Source of the DNA: Ramazzottius varieornatus
Lineage: Eukaryota; Animalia; Tardigrada
Direction of reading: 5' to 3'
Assembly: GCA_001949185.1 (NCBI GenBank)
Contig: BDGG01000005.1
Span: 1,415,249-1,479,248, forward strand
DNA: 64,000 nt
The translations under genes were made by a program, and so were the position numbers. Below, in pieces: positions 38,000-53,502 of this stretch. Numbering within the stretch: position 1 is the stretch's first letter; every line of letters begins with the position of its first letter. Under the pieces are notes generated by a model. The model worked only from the letters and a program-made list of their open reading frames with translations, was not told the DNA's origin and searched no databases.

Positions 38000-38128
38000 G
38001 TCCCCCGTTCTGCGCAGTCAAATGACGGGCCCATAGAATAATCCCGTGGACCTGCTGACTGGGCCACGATCACCCGAGGTATAATGTCTGGGCCTGTCAT
38101 GTGACTGTGCGGAACGTTCGAGGAAATA

Positions 38129-39690
38129 CAATAATTCCATTCAAATATGGGGCAAAATTTTGGGAAGAGGTGGACAATTTAAAATTTCGTGAAACGATGA
38201 GTCATCTGACTACACCTCTTTTCATCCACGAGTGGCTAGAAATTTGTCCTGATATCTGCTTGTCTGCTTCTCTACTTCTCCGGCTCGGAGGCTGGAAAAG
38301 TAGATAATTTTGAGTTTTATCCTCGCCGACCGATCGGTCGTTTTCAGTTGCACGTTCCTAAATTCGTTTTTCTCTCCTACTGCTTCCCATCTTCGATCAT
38401 GTCTGCACTCCGGAGTATGCTACCTTCGCGTCTAAAAAGAAGGTCTAACATTCCTTGCGGTGGAGGCAGCAAAGAAACTACGGGGAAACCCACACGTCCA
38501 CCGGAGATACCAGCAGCGAAGGACGGCAATACAACAAGTGGAAAGGATCGCTTGCTGAGAGCGCCCTTGTCGAATGGTTTGAGAAGCTTGACAACTACGA
38601 CCAGTGAAAGTTTACGGCCAGAGGTCACGGAGCTGGGAAGAAGAACACGCCAGGAAAGACCTGGACGAGATTCGCCTTGTGAGAAGGAGCGTTGTCATGC
38701 ATACAGATTACTCGCTTCTTCTGTTTTGGACGTTCCCTAATCTTTGGCATCACTTTCTTAGCCAGCAAGACAGCGTAGCTGAAGCGGTTTGTGGAACCGT
38801 CAACAACGAAGAACGATAGGGGACCATCGCGAGTGATTGTTCCGTGGCACATCACACTGAAGCGTCCTGGCGGCAGTTTTCTTTGAAACTCTGCGTTATA
38901 ACGGCTCTCTCCGGAATACGATCGAATCTGAACATAGAAACCATTTTCTAAACAGTGAGTTTTCCATCGTACAGTGGAGCATCACATCAAGACTTACTGT
39001 ATGGCGATCGCAGTCAAACTTCGCACTGGCTTCGTCACTGAAGGCAACGTAGTTCAAGTGGTTCTTGTCCGTCTTTAGCCTGTCCAATATATCAAGAGCC
39101 CAAATCACGTGCATTGTTCGATGATAAGTGAGAGGATTCTTGACAGGAGTGACAATCCTGGCGCTCCATGCTTTGAGACGACGCTGAACAGTACGTTCAC
39201 TGAGTTTGGGTCGTTTTCCGGTGAGCGATTCTTCACAGTCCAAAGCAACCTTGATGATTCTGCCTGCTGACCAGTCTCGTGCTTGACAGTGGTGAGACAG
39301 ATGGCGGATAGTGTCGTCCAGTTGATCAGAAGTTATTTTTGGTCGTCCCATCTTCTTGGCGATATCACCGCGAGCAGCCTGATCCTTGAGAAGATTCAGG
39401 GCCCAGCTCCAAGATCGTCCGAAATACTACCCAATCTTTGCCCAGCTTACGTTCTTACGCTCACTACAGGCTCACTGGTTCTCTTCCCGCGTCCCATCCT
39501 GAAATTCAGACCACAAAGCATTCAAAGAGGTACAGTTCGAGATTTAAAGAGAAAAACCTGCTGCAAGCTGAACAGCTAGCTTCACCGGAATTCAAATCAA
39601 GGCTTCTGATTGTACCGCCCTGTGGTCATGTGCTCTTCTCTTGATCGTTTGATTGGGCATGTTTTGATGTTTTTGTTGTCAATGGTGAAC
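38129..39690 (-). mobile_element. Degenerate Tc1-like transposon (DD-E transposase remnant); 5' boundary approximate
   Basis: GRPKITS, LSERTVQRRL, VAFSDEAS, MCHGTITRDG, MHDNAPSHKA; TIR TA-caataattccattcaaatatggggcaaa at 38127. Confidence 0.8.
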
Positions 39691-39696
39691 TTGGTC

Positions 39697-39991
39697 ACCC
39701 CATACCGGGTTTGTAAAGTCAGCCGCGGCTGTAGCGTCTATCGCTTGATTGACTATTTGATTGCCAGTCTTGACATTTTAACATGAGATTTCAACGTTCT
39801 TTTAATTGCGGTTCTCTTGGATTCTCTGACTCCTCGTGTTGGCTGTGCCTAATACCATTCGACAGCTCACTATCTTATCTATCGATCTATCCTTAAAAGT
39901 TTGAGATTGAGTAGTAGAGAACAGGCGAACTTAGACGGCTAACTTTACAAACCCGGTATGGGGCGGCTAACTTTACAACCTTTCCCTCGTA
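39697..39991. mobile_element. Second, left-truncated copy of the 7967-8284 mariner-type MITE
   Basis: Near-identical sequence ending ccctcgTA. Confidence 0.85.
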
Positions 39992-40087
39992 CTTGTACTT
40001 AGAGACCGAAAAACCGTGAAACTTTTATTCTCTTGCGTGGAACTTGGCGAGCTCGTCGAGGTCGATACCACATGTGCCATGAAAAAA

Positions 40088-40931
40088 GTGTAATCACATT
40101 TTAAGTGTAATCACATTTTACACTAGTTTACATTTTACAGACCGAGCGGTTCGTGACGCCTAGAAGTGACAAGGAGCGACGGAAACGACGAACCAGCTAT
40201 GTCTATGATTGCATAGAATATAGATCTTAGTAATTGTCTTCCAGACAAAGATAAAAATACAATAGAAAAATGACCATACTCGGGAAGTTTCTGGCATTTT
40301 CCGCGTAAGTCAGCCGAATTTTAGATTTCTGGCGGCGAAATACTCAAAAATACCGCAGATTCTGGCAAGTAAAAGTTGTAATTACGTTTTACATTTACAT
40401 TACAACTTCCCCGTGGCTGTAATGTCGTGTAAGAGTGTAATTGTAATGTAAAATGTAATACTCATCATTAGTCCGTGCAGCATACGGAACAGCGTTTGCA
40501 GCATGGTACCGCAAGAAAAAGTCACGGAAATAACCGCGTGCCGTACGTGCAGTAAGTTTCTGCGAGCCCGCAGTATGGTTCCGCAAGAAAAACCCCACGC
40601 GGCTTTATACTCTGATTGCGTAACGGTGTATAAACATTCGCGCTTACCATTTATCGTACTGTAATGCTTCATGAACTTCACGATGTACGTCATCATACGC
40701 GTGCAGTAGAACTCCGGTCCGATAATTTTGCAACCGTATTTTTATCTTTGTCCGGAAGACAATCACTAAGATCTATATTCTATGCAAACATAGAAATAGC
40801 TGGTTCGTCGTTTTCGTCGCTCCTTGTCACTTCTAGGCGTTATAAACCGCTCGGTCTGTAAAATGTAAACTAGTGTAAAATGTAACTACACTTTTACAAT
40901 TACACTATTTTACATTACACTTTACATTACA
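40088..40931. mobile_element. Foldback/MITE with ~170-190-bp TIRs and ttacattacac-type repeats
   Basis: 40105-40260 mirrors 40736-40890. Confidence 0.8.
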
Positions 40932-41879
40932 CGGACCATCTGCATGTAATGCTCATCATTAGTCCCACAGTCTCTCACAGTCTGTTCTGGAAAAAATGGG
41001 GGGCGGAGAGAAAGCAGGCGCGCATTATGAGAATCACGTGATTGACGTCAGATGTGCCAGCCACTCAGAGCGAGGCTGTGCAGCCGGTATAGTGCGCTGC
41101 CTTTTTGTATAGCTATAATTCGAACGCAGATGACTTGAAGGGACTGTTTTCCATCTTGACAGAGTGCCCAGAAGCACGGATTCAATCTTAGACTAGTCGA
41201 AGTCAACGAAACATCCGTCACCGTTTCCCCCGTCCACTGGATCTGTTTAGAAGAACCTCTAAACTTCTTTCCTTCGAGTACCGTTTCCGAATGGAAGTTG
41301 CAATATCTGCAGCGACAAGAACATCGAGAGAGAACGCCGCCCAGGAAAAACAACAGGAGAAGTACAATACAAAATTTGAACCTGTTCTGCTTTATTTCCG
41401 GTGTGCACAGTATGGCCTGAGTGAAACAATACTATATTCGCGGGGCGGCACCCTAACGGGTACTGTTGCCGCCAAGGGAGGCTAAAAGGGAAGAAAACGG
41501 GAACTGGGATGATGGCAGGGTGTATCCCAAGTTCCCAACCATCGAATTACTCCCTGTGACTCAGAATACAATGCTATAGCCTTATCTCTTTCTCTTGAGA
41601 CCTACTTTCGCTTCCCCACAGTCACATTCCATTCACAAGCTTATCTCCACTAATGTTGTACTTTGCCCTTCACTGAGCAAAGTTTAGCAGGAGGGTTCAA
41701 ACACAAACTTACGAAGAAAACCAGCTCCGCAACGACAGCTCGCGCCCAAAAATCCCATGTTAGACCACCTGAAGTGGTTTGACATGGGATAAGATGGGGT
41801 ATCAAGTCGCATGCAAGGTTTATTAGTAAGCTCTGCGAGCATTACGTAATAGCCTCACACTGTATCGGCGGCAACAACA

Positions 41880-42060
41880 TATTCTGAGCGAATGCGCACT
41901 AGCATAATTTGATACGCACAGGAACATCGTGACATCATAGGAACAAGTTCGTCTCGTAGGCCCTGCGTTAAAAGAGTCCCACAATGTTTACATATGATGT
42001 CACGATTCTCCTGTGCGTATCGAATTGTGCTAGTGCGCTCACTAGTGCGCAATCTCTATA
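41880..42060. mobile_element. MITE family A copy 2
   Basis: cacaggaacatcgtgac ... aattgtgctagtgcgc...caatctctata. Confidence 0.75.
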
Positions 42061-42416
42061 CTGCCTCCAGTGTTTTCACTGCATTAAAGGCTGGAACCGA
42101 AAACCGCTGATACAAATTTCGAAAAATTTCAAATGATCCCTACAACCACCATTGGCCGAGCCAAAAATAGCACCAACCCCCTATACCGAAACTAGTTCGT
42201 TTCTTGGAGTCTCCTGATGGTCCTGTGCTTCCGAGAAGTCCTGCAAAACAAGCAGAGAATTGAAACACGCCTGCCTCATGTGCTGTACCAGACACACCAC
42301 ACATCTCAGACAGACGTAAGTGAGAAGCAGAAAGTGAACGGGAACGTATTCCGATACCGCTTGTTCGGTTCTCAGGCACCTGCATACCCAAATTCGTACC
42401 TTTAACGTGACGAGTT

Positions 42417-43297
42417 AGTAGTTCCATTCAAATATGGGGCAAACTTTTGGGAGAAGTTAGAAAGTTGGTTGCACCTCCCTTATATGCGCTCGACCAATCA
42501 ATCACTTCTCCTCTTCTATGATAATTGAGTACATCAGATACTTCTGAACCCACAGTTGTCAGTGTTTGTTTTCGAACGATCGCTCGTCTCAGTTGTTTCG
42601 CTCTTAATATTCATCGCAAGTAAGATTATGTCTTTTCCGAAAAGAGGAACAACGTGTATGAAAGACCTGGCAACCCTGATCGTAGCTGAAGAGACCATGC
42701 CTTTGTTATGCAATGAGTACGAGGAATTACCGAATGCGGAGGATGTGTTAGATCTCACTTCGCCTCGCAATCTACTCAATTTATTGCCGTCCACGCGGCA
42801 TCTACGGTCTCGGACGGAACTTCCGAAAAGTAAGGACTTCCTCTGCAATATTCTGCCCAGGCAGGAATGAAGACAGACGGCGGAAAGAATTAAGGATGTC
42901 AAGAGATGCTTTCGAGATGCTGCTGCGGCTGATCAGCCGTCACAAAGAGTTTTCTGCTGCTCCCAGCGCAAGGAATGTTTGACCTTCTTTTCAAAAGCGA
43001 AGGTAGCATACTCCGGAGTGCAGACATGATCGAAGATGGGAAGCAGTAGGAGAGAAAAACGAATTTAGGAACGTGCAACTGAAAACGACCGATCGGTCGG
43101 CGAGGATAAAACTCAAAATTATCTACTTTTCCAGCCTCCGAGCCGGAGAAGTAGAGAAGCAGACAAGCAGATATCAGGACAAATTTCTAGCCACTCGTGG
43201 ATGAAAAGAGGTGTAGTCAGATGACTCATCGTTTCACGAAATTTTAAATTGTCCACCTCTTCCCAAAATTTTGCCCCATATTTGAATGGAATTATTG
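42417..43297 (+). mobile_element. Internally deleted Tc1-like element of the same family as 38129-39690
   Basis: TIR ttccattcaaatatggggcaaa at 42422, inverted at ~43270-43297; 3' part homologous to 38129-38530. Confidence 0.7.
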
Positions 43298-43726
43298 TAT
43301 TTCCTCGAAAGTTCCGAGGTGGGCGAGGTGATAATCTCGATGGTCAGCTCTGGAAATGTTCAGTCCCGCAGTCCCTTGCGAAATCCGGGACTTCTCTTCG
43401 ACAACTCCACGCAGAGCACAGTATGTGCTGTTGGCTAAGCGTTACAGGTATTCCCAGCGGGAAGAAAGAAGCGAGATCTTAGCTCTAGACTCAAACCCAA
43501 AAGATTTCGCAACGGGAAATGGAAAACGAATTTCCAAAATGATAATTTTGAATTTTCAGGTCACGTGGACAAAGTCGGCCCTAGTCAGTCAATGGCGAAC
43601 CCACGATCAACAAGTGAAAGTCCACCCTCAAAAAGAACCAAAATTTAGCGTGTCTGCCTACGGTTGATTGTGACGACGGACTTCTCCAATGTATCAACGG
43701 CTTTACACAAGGGCCTGTATTGCAGT

Positions 43727-44376
43727 TAGTGCTGCGATAAATATGATATATCGTGTCTTGTCGAAATATGTCACATCACAGTGATTCGATATGACAAAAG
43801 AATATCATATCGAAATATCAATATGGACGGAATATCGCTGAGCGGAATATGATAGATGAAAATATCATACCGCGGTATATCGATATATTTCTGATATATC
43901 GATAAATCGCAAACCCGCACTTGAGAATCGGAACAACGGAAGTCAATACTCCGGTTCGGTACCGCGCAGGCAGCGCAGCCTCGCCCTTAATGTATCGCGC
44001 ACATGTATCCAAGCTGACTTCGGAGAATTGAGCAGTTAGCGCACCTAGGTGCGTAACGACAGACCTTGAGAGACTGAGCAACGAACACACTCGCGTACAC
44101 AAAGACATTTGACTTTTGTTCTGACTCGAACGTAGTGAATGACAGCCGTTCGGTATCTCTTTGGCTCTTTCTTGATTTCGATAGTCTCCAACATGGTACT
44201 GGCTTGATATATCGATACATCACTGCAATAAAATTCGATATATCAACAATAAAAAATCAGAAACGTATCATATCGAAATATCGATACGTGGTTGATATCT
44301 AAAACGAAATATAGCTAATGAAAGATATGTATCAGAAAATATCATATCGTATTACATCGTATTTATCCCAGCACTA
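43727..44376. mobile_element. hAT-type MITE, 650 bp
   Basis: Perfect 8-bp TSD ATTGCAGT (43719-43726, 44377-44384); TIR tagtgctgcgataaata / tatttatcccagcacta; gatatcg subterminal repeats. Confidence 0.9.
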
Positions 44377-46793
44377 ATTGCAGTGAACACACTAGAGGCA
44401 ATATTGTTTCACTCTGGTATGGCGCACCAAACGCAGCGGCAAATGTGTAAGTGTTACCAGGTTGGCATGGATGTAGTCCGATGTAGCGGTAGAGTGGTTT
44501 GTATCGGCCTGCCAAATTTTCTTCTTCGCAGTGCTGTTTGTCAAGCCATCCCATTTTCGTACCGGTATATCCATGCCAGCCTGGCCCTGAGGGCTGAGGC
44601 CAGCGTTTGTAGCCGGTGCCAGTATTGTTTTAATGATCGTAATAGATAATTGAAAATGGTCGGAAATTGGACGTTTTGAATTCTGCTATCATAATTAAAA
44701 TTGCCAAATTCAGCCGACGGATTTCACTATATGGTGAAATTATAGTAAAATTTGCTGGATGGTCGGCTAGTAAAATAGATAGCTAAAACTAGGCCAAACT
44801 GCAATTAAAGTGGGCCTGAGATGCGGAAAAGGGGCCGCAAATGCGCGATATATAGGGATTTTTGCATGGTTTCTGTTGTTTGACATTCGACAACATCCGC
44901 GAAACGTAACCCAGGTACTACGTATGCGCTTAGTTTGCGTACCCGAGTTGTGCAGAATGGACTGCACACCACATAGTTGCGTTTCGCTCACCCTGAATTG
45001 TGCGTTTTGTGATGCTGCGGTGCATTGATTAACACTTCCAGCACGATCGTTTTCATGTTTGCAGAATACTACCGTCCTCTTTGTGTATACAGGAATTTTA
45101 TTGGCTGGTACCGTGTTGCAGAGGCTGGTCCAACCAATAGGCAGTTTTCGATATTTCAAAATTCGGATAATTGGCAGGCCATGAACGCCAAATCTCAAAA
45201 GGGAGAACTGGTCGTCTTGATTTTCTTCTGACCGCACTGATGACTACAAAATTTATCCCAGGCTCGGCTTCGATAGATAAGACTTTCCCCAGTGCTCTAG
45301 TTTTTTTCTAAGCGAATAACGTGCACGTGTCTCGCGTGAAGAGCCGAAACACCAAATTTCACCAAAACCACCCGAAACCGTAGAAAAAATTTCCTGCGTG
45401 CTGGGGTTTTGCTGACCGCTGGTCATTAGTGTTGCTTTGGTGAGAAGACCGAGGTACATGCAAACAAAAAGACCTGGAACCGAAAGACCAAAAGCTAAAA
45501 CTGGGAGGTGAATAAAACTGAGTGATTGTATACACAAAGAGGACGGTCGTACGCAGAGCGTTAAGTGGCCGAAGAAGAGCTAACACTGTTTTCTGACTGT
45601 TACGGCAGCCTGTCTCCATACTGTAATTGGTCCGCTTTTAAAAGGCAATGAGAAGCGGACCAACGGTTCGAACTGCGTGTAGTGTACTGGCATTGCTAAT
45701 TAATCGAAGGATTAATAAGAGCGAGTTCCTGCATGTGAAAAAAAGCTCGAAACTGCCTGAATATCTCAGAATTTGAGTTAACGGATAGTCACTATATCGA
45801 TACGAGACAACAAAGTCCAGTTTTTGGGAAATTGTTCAGTGACGGCGATGCTGTTAGGGTTCTTGTTTGTTCGGAGACGAATTTCTTCGAGGCTGTGGTT
45901 CTTCGGGGCCGAAGTCGTTGGGGTATAGTCACTCAGTACAAAGCATTTAGAGGAAAGAGTTCTTCTAGTTCACGATTCTTCGGAGCCACGTTTAGGGGAA
46001 ACTAAAGTTAAAGGATAACGTGCCCGACCGAAGCGCTATTCCGTTTGCGTGAGTTGTTGATGGTTGAATATCTTCCTGCTGTTCACTTTAGTTCTTCCAT
46101 CAGACTGACCACAGTTCCTATTTCTTGCAGTTACATTACAATGTCATCATTAAGTTTCTCGCTTGGGTTGGTGCTCATGAGGGAGGTTATGGGTCAGCTA
46201 CCCCAGCCTGCTGTGGTTGCTCTTTAGTTTGCGCTTCTCGAGCAAGGAAACGTACTAATATAACACTGCCTGAGGCCCGGAGTGTTACTCCTTAAACCGT
46301 TTCACCACGTGGTACGACGAAGTACAACGTAGAGGAAAAGAGCGCATGGCCAGACCGACGTTATCCGGCCCGGACTTGTGCGTCTGCTCTACCATCAGGC
46401 ATCAGCAGCTCTGTGAGTTGGGATTGGGGACCCTAAAAGTTGAACCTCTCAACCACGTGAAATGTTTGCGGTAACGAAGAAGGAAATCTCACGTAGGGGG
46501 ATTGATGTCACAAAGCACGACCTTGAACGGAAACCTATATGCCGTCAAAACTCTGAAGTAAAATGCGTTCTGTCGGGACTGTGGAGTCAAGAAGTGCCGA
46601 GCATTTCATTTCTTACAACGCGAGTGCTTCGTTCCTTGAGGTCGACCAGCTTATCAAGGTACACTTCATGTCAGTCCGCCGGTGGATTCACAAACACTGT
46701 GGGGACACGTCTATTTATTGACATCCTATCCACTAACTGTACAGCTGCATCACCGGTGTCAGGCAGCTTGTGAGAGACGCGATGGCAATACTT

Positions 46794-49700
46794 TCAAATT
46801 TTACGAGCTCCGAGAAGGGACTTCTCGGCTGCATCGATGCGATCTACAAGAAACTCTTTAGTAAACTTGGCAAACTTTCCAGTCAAAACCTTTGAAGAGT
46901 TTCTCATCAGGAAATGTCGAACAAAAAGCCGAACACTTTCTCTAAACGTCTTGTATTTCTTTTCAGACAGCGCTGCAAATATCCGCCTCACATCTTCCTC
47001 AGACGGTGACAGAAGTAGCTCGGAAAGAACAGCGCGCAGGAATGTCAACAGGGCCGCATTCATATCGGCAAAGTTGATCTTCTTCAAGACTGTAATAGGT
47101 AGGGCGTCGTTGTGCAGCAATCCATGAGAGACCATTTCAGCCAGGTTCGCCGCTTCTGTTGGTGAGAGAGTGGACAGGTCGCGGATCTTGTCCCAGACAG
47201 TAAATAGAAACTGCCTCTGAAGATGAAGAGCATTCGTGAAGAGCATGACGTAAGCCAAGTTAGGCAACATGATACTAGTTTCCTTTTGAATGGTGAATTC
47301 AATGTTGTGAGTTGTTCATACCTGATAAGTTCGGTGTACGGCAGCGAACTTTTCCAGCACGAAGGAGTAAAACGGATTGAATTTCTTCTCGTGAAGCCCA
47401 CAATGAAGTAACACGTGAATGATTTCCGCTTCTTGGGCGTTCTTGAGTCCTAACTTTGTCACACGCTCGAATGCGTCATTATAATCCTGGAATTTCGAGA
47501 AGAGCATCACGTTAAGACGGTATCGGTCGATGCATGAACCGGGAGCTCGGTATACAAAGTCGATAAGATCGTTTCAGCAAGTGGCGCACGTTGTTACTGT
47601 TATTGCCTGTCAACTTGCGCCATTTAAAAAGGATCCTGCTGAGTTTGCCGAGCTCCGAACATTTTTGCAAAGTCAAATTTTCTTGATTTCATTTTATTAA
47701 TCTTATTTTTTGCTTCGCGAATCTATCCCAATAATGATTCCAAGTTACCTCAGCGCTCATAATGGAGCAAAATATGGCTTTGCGGACATCCGTGTTCATC
47801 CGTTGCTGGGTGGCCAATCTCAGCAGTTTCTCGCTGAACTTCGCGCTCAAGGAGCCTTCCTGCCCCACTCGTGACTTCCGGTCCGCCTCCACTCTGTTGT
47901 CCACCGGATCGCCCTGGCCAGGTTTGTTCCACGCAGCACCCACGACCCACCACCTGCCCTTCTCACTAGCGTTTCTAAGGTCGGTCAGCGGGACCTTGAG
48001 TTGCGCCTCCATGACATGGCCTTTGTGGATCAATGCTCGGAAGACCTTGAGAAGGTGCTCCAGCTCTGCTGGGTCGTAGTTGGGAATCTTGCGCATATTG
48101 TTATTCTTGATGGCGCTAATGGTGTCCAACATGAACACCACACGAGAACCCATCTCTTTTCTAGAAACAATGTTCAGTTCAACAAAGAGACTGAGCAAGA
48201 GCTCGGCAATCAAACCCGACCAGATCGTTTTCGCAAGTGTCGCACCCTTCCGGCTTATATACTGAACACGTGCGCCACTTGAGACAACGATCCGGTCGAG
48301 CTTGTCTGAAACTCTGAACCAACCAAGTTCAGATCAAAAATTGAACGTGAAATAAAACAGATCTATCATGGATTCAAATCACATTAGAACTATATCATAA
48401 TGTATCAGTGAAAGTTGGATTTTGATCAAGGCTTACGCTTCATCGTTTCGTTTCTCGCCAATTTTCGACTGGATAGTGGCTACCAATTCTTTCAGTGCGA
48501 CTGGGTCGTCCTTTCTCAACGAAAATCCAACTTCTAAACAAGCAACATATTGATAAGCACCACTCTTTCAAGTTGTTCGGCACCATGCTCTATCAGTCTA
48601 CGTGCAACTACCTTACCTCGTAAGATCGAGAGAGTCAAGTTAATGTCCTTTTCTCGGAATCGATCCGCAAATTCCCCTAGGAGATCCAAGACCATCGAAG
48701 CATCGATGATCTTAAAGTTATATGCATGGCACCATAGAAGCACGATGTTGTCTATACGCCTATCCTCATCGTGAAGCGTCTCTTTGGCTCTCAGTGTGTC
48801 GTACGAATTGAGAAGCTTCTGAATGTAAAACGCACCTGTGAATACAAGGCCACGGTTAAGAACGTCTACAAGGCTTAAGTAGTCCAAAGCTTTGCTTGGT
48901 CGATTGACATCATAAACATCATCCTACCGATTTCCACTCCGACATTCTGATACAAGAGCGCCATGAACATGCCGTACTCGAATGCCAGCTTCTTCGGCAT
49001 CAACGAAGGCGAAATGCAGCTCTCGAATATCAAACTGGTCAGTGTTTCATTCATTCCTGTAAACAGAAGTATATTAATTAATCCTGAAAGATTTTCTTTG
49101 TGATTCTCTATGCCAAAATAATGCTTACTTACCAAATCGACTGTGGGAAGAAAACATTTGTTCCACTTGCTTGACGATCCCGGCCATATTGGCCTCGGTA
49201 AGTCGATTTAGCAGACCTTTCAGCTGTCTTTTCAACTGTACCATTGACTGATCTGCTACTCCATCGGTGGCTTGCCGAGCTGGAGGAATGTATCTCCCAG
49301 TCACTTCCGGCTCAACAATGTTACCTTCTATGTCACGCATCCTGCCGTAGATGTCTTCTCGAAGACTACCGGACTCTTCGGGTTCACTCTGTAGGCCGTC
49401 TTCTCCATCCATTTCGTCTTCTTCTGGCTGGTCCTCGTCATCCTTGTCTTCATTCGGCACCTCATCGAAACCTTCTTCTGCTTCGTCCTGTTCCATTTCG
49501 TCTCCTTCCGAGCCGAACTCTCCTTCGGCATCCTCGAGTTCCTCTTCCATTCGTCCATCTTCATCGCGGGTTCCTTTCTTACCCCAGTTGTCCTCCGAGT
49601 TGACATTCAAAGCGCCCGCAGCGGAATCAGTCATCAATTCGAGCAGGTCTAGAATGTAACAAGTAATATTGTCTGTCATTCACGGAAATATGGGACAACG

Positions 49701-50458
49701 ATCACATGCGCTGAGTACGCAAGTCGTCGTTGTTCCTGCCATCGGAGTGTGAACTTACATCCGAGACCATCGTCTGTAAACGACGCAGGAACGGCTGTTT
49801 TGTTCTTCCTCTTGTTTAGACGAAGTTTCTTTTCGAGCTTCTTGATCAGACGATCTTCCTCCTCGTTCTCGGCCTGAAGACGCTGAATATTTTGCTGGCG
49901 CTGTAAACACAGAGCAGCTATGAATATCAATCCTTGAGCCAGCTCTCCTAAATCAAGAACCCAGCACCGTCGACGGCGACGACTTGGAGTGGTCCAGGCG
50001 GAAACGAAGGAAAAAACTGGGACAAAACGAACCTTTTTTTCCTTCAGTTGTTCAACCTTCTTTTGTGCTCTTGCTTCTCGTTCGAGATCTTTCTTCTTCC
50101 TCACGGCTCTACTCTCCTCAATTTCTTTGCCATCTTCTCCAGTACTGCGTTTTCGTTTCGCGGAATCCGTCTTCGGTTGAGCCGTCAATCCTTCCACCTG
50201 GATAATGGGTTCAGTTCGTTGTAAGAACTTACAACAAGAGATTGTCAACTGGTCACCAGAACTTCAACGGCCAACACTCACCGTTTTATGGGTGTACCAG
50301 GCTACCTTCTTCACTTTCTTCAGCTGTCTGTTCTTTTTCCGCTGTTCCTTTCTCGTCCTCGCCGGTTTCAATAAAGATGCCGCGGATGCTTTGGAAGACG
50401 TCTTCGGCTGTCCAGGCGCAACTTTTGAAGCCGTCTTGGTAGATGCCCTGTACCCCAT
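46794..50458 (-). CDS. NOM1: Nucleolar MIF4G domain-containing protein 1 (Sgd1 homolog), multi-exon
   Basis: IKKLEKKLRL..VPASFTDDGL, EDIYGR, GRYIPPA, QLKGLLNRLTEANM (MIF4G), KGRWWVVGAAW, QRMNTDVRKAIFCSIMSAEDY.DAFE (MA3), EKKFNPFY; about 10 short GT-AG introns. Confidence 0.93.
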
Positions 50459-50607
50459 CCTGAGCTTCAGCAAATCGCGACTTTCTTCCAACAAGCTCTG
50501 GATGAGCTATGCTGGTCTCGGGTTTCGGAGAGGGACGGTAGTTCGAGGAAGAAAACAAAATTCGAGATTCCAGAAGGAAGACCCACTGATTGGCACTGAA
50601 AAGTGAT

Positions 50608-50778
50608 TATAGAGATTGCGAGCGAAAGCGCACGAGCACAACTCGACACGCACAGGAACATCGTGGCGTCATATCTAAACATCGTGCAGCTCTTTTAACA
50701 CAGAGCCTATGAGGCGAACTTGTTCCTGTGATCGTGCGTATCGAATTGTGCTAGTGCGGATCACTTCGCAATCCGTAT
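50608..50778. mobile_element. MITE family A copy 3, in the NOM1/WDR13 divergent intergenic region
   Basis: tatagagattgcgagcgaaagcgcac ... tgctagtgcggatcacttcgcaatccgtata. Confidence 0.75.
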
Positions 50779-51450
50779 ATTAAGTGAAGTTTCTTCAGGA
50801 GACATACGATCACCTGCCTGTTTTGGTTCAGACAATCAACTGATCAGCCATGGCACGCCTTCCAGTGTCGTGATTCAACGACTTGATTGACCTGCTGCGT
50901 TTGATCAGCTTGAACAATGAGGCTGGCATTTTCTTCCGAACTTCGAAGTCCGCAGCAGCGGTGGACAGATGATTTAGACAGCCTAATATCGAAAATTGCG
51001 CAGGTGTCTCGTGCGACCTGTTACGGACAGCTAAAACTGGCAACTTTATCACGGGTGCGGGAATTCCGTCTTTACTGCTTAAGAGACCCACTGCTCGAAC
51101 GACATTCGAAGCGATTTTACAAGATTGGAAAAAGACTGATTGATTAACTGCTGTTTTTGAGTTGGGCTGTACCTGGTGTTGGCTGTAATTCGTCCGTAAT
51201 TCACTGTCCGTAAATCATTGTCTAAATCATCCGCCCCACCGCTGGTCCGAAGTCCAAAAACTTGGCAAAGAGTGTTATTTCTTATCGACTTCATATTCAT
51301 GTTCGACAGGTCGAGGACTGGAAATACTCATACCCATATGCACATAATTGTATCTCTTGTTGCAGGTATCTTCTGTTGATGACGGACAAGAGGTGAAACG
51401 CAGCGATGAGGGATTGTAAGGATGTAACTTAGGCTTAGCTGATTAGCTGA

Positions 51451-53176
<1,726 letters not shown>

Positions 53177-53502
53177 AATTCCTCTTCGCACTGTACATAA
53201 ATCCTTTAGTTTGTTAACTCATGTAAAACTCTAGCTGTTTTGGATTCGGCGTTTGCGCTGATCGTCTATGATTTGGAGAGTTCTATCAAACTGTTTCAGA
53301 GAGTTTCCACAAGTTCACCATTCGCGAAGTACTGGGCAGTAATCGGATGAGCCATTCGCAGCGTCATCTACAGTAAAGCAGCTTGACGTGCTCGGGTTTA
53401 TCGCTCTGACGACTCCGAAATCCCATGACAGCGCGATAATAATTAAGATGTTGTCAAAAGATATGCGTAGAAAACTGGTAAGAACGCATCTGAGGCGCTA
53501 GT

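Noticed and set aside
36400-38000. CRISPR-like regularly spaced repeats
   Set aside because: Irregular short subterminal motifs of MITEs in a eukaryotic context, with no cas genes
46260-46530. RNase MRP/P or snRNA gene
   Set aside because: The conserved GAAAGUCCCC-type motif and P4 pairing are absent, and there is no Sm site or Pol III terminator
49244-49659. Ser-rich plus-strand ORFs within NOM1, and ORF 53536-54207
   Set aside because: Antisense shadows of acidic coding exons
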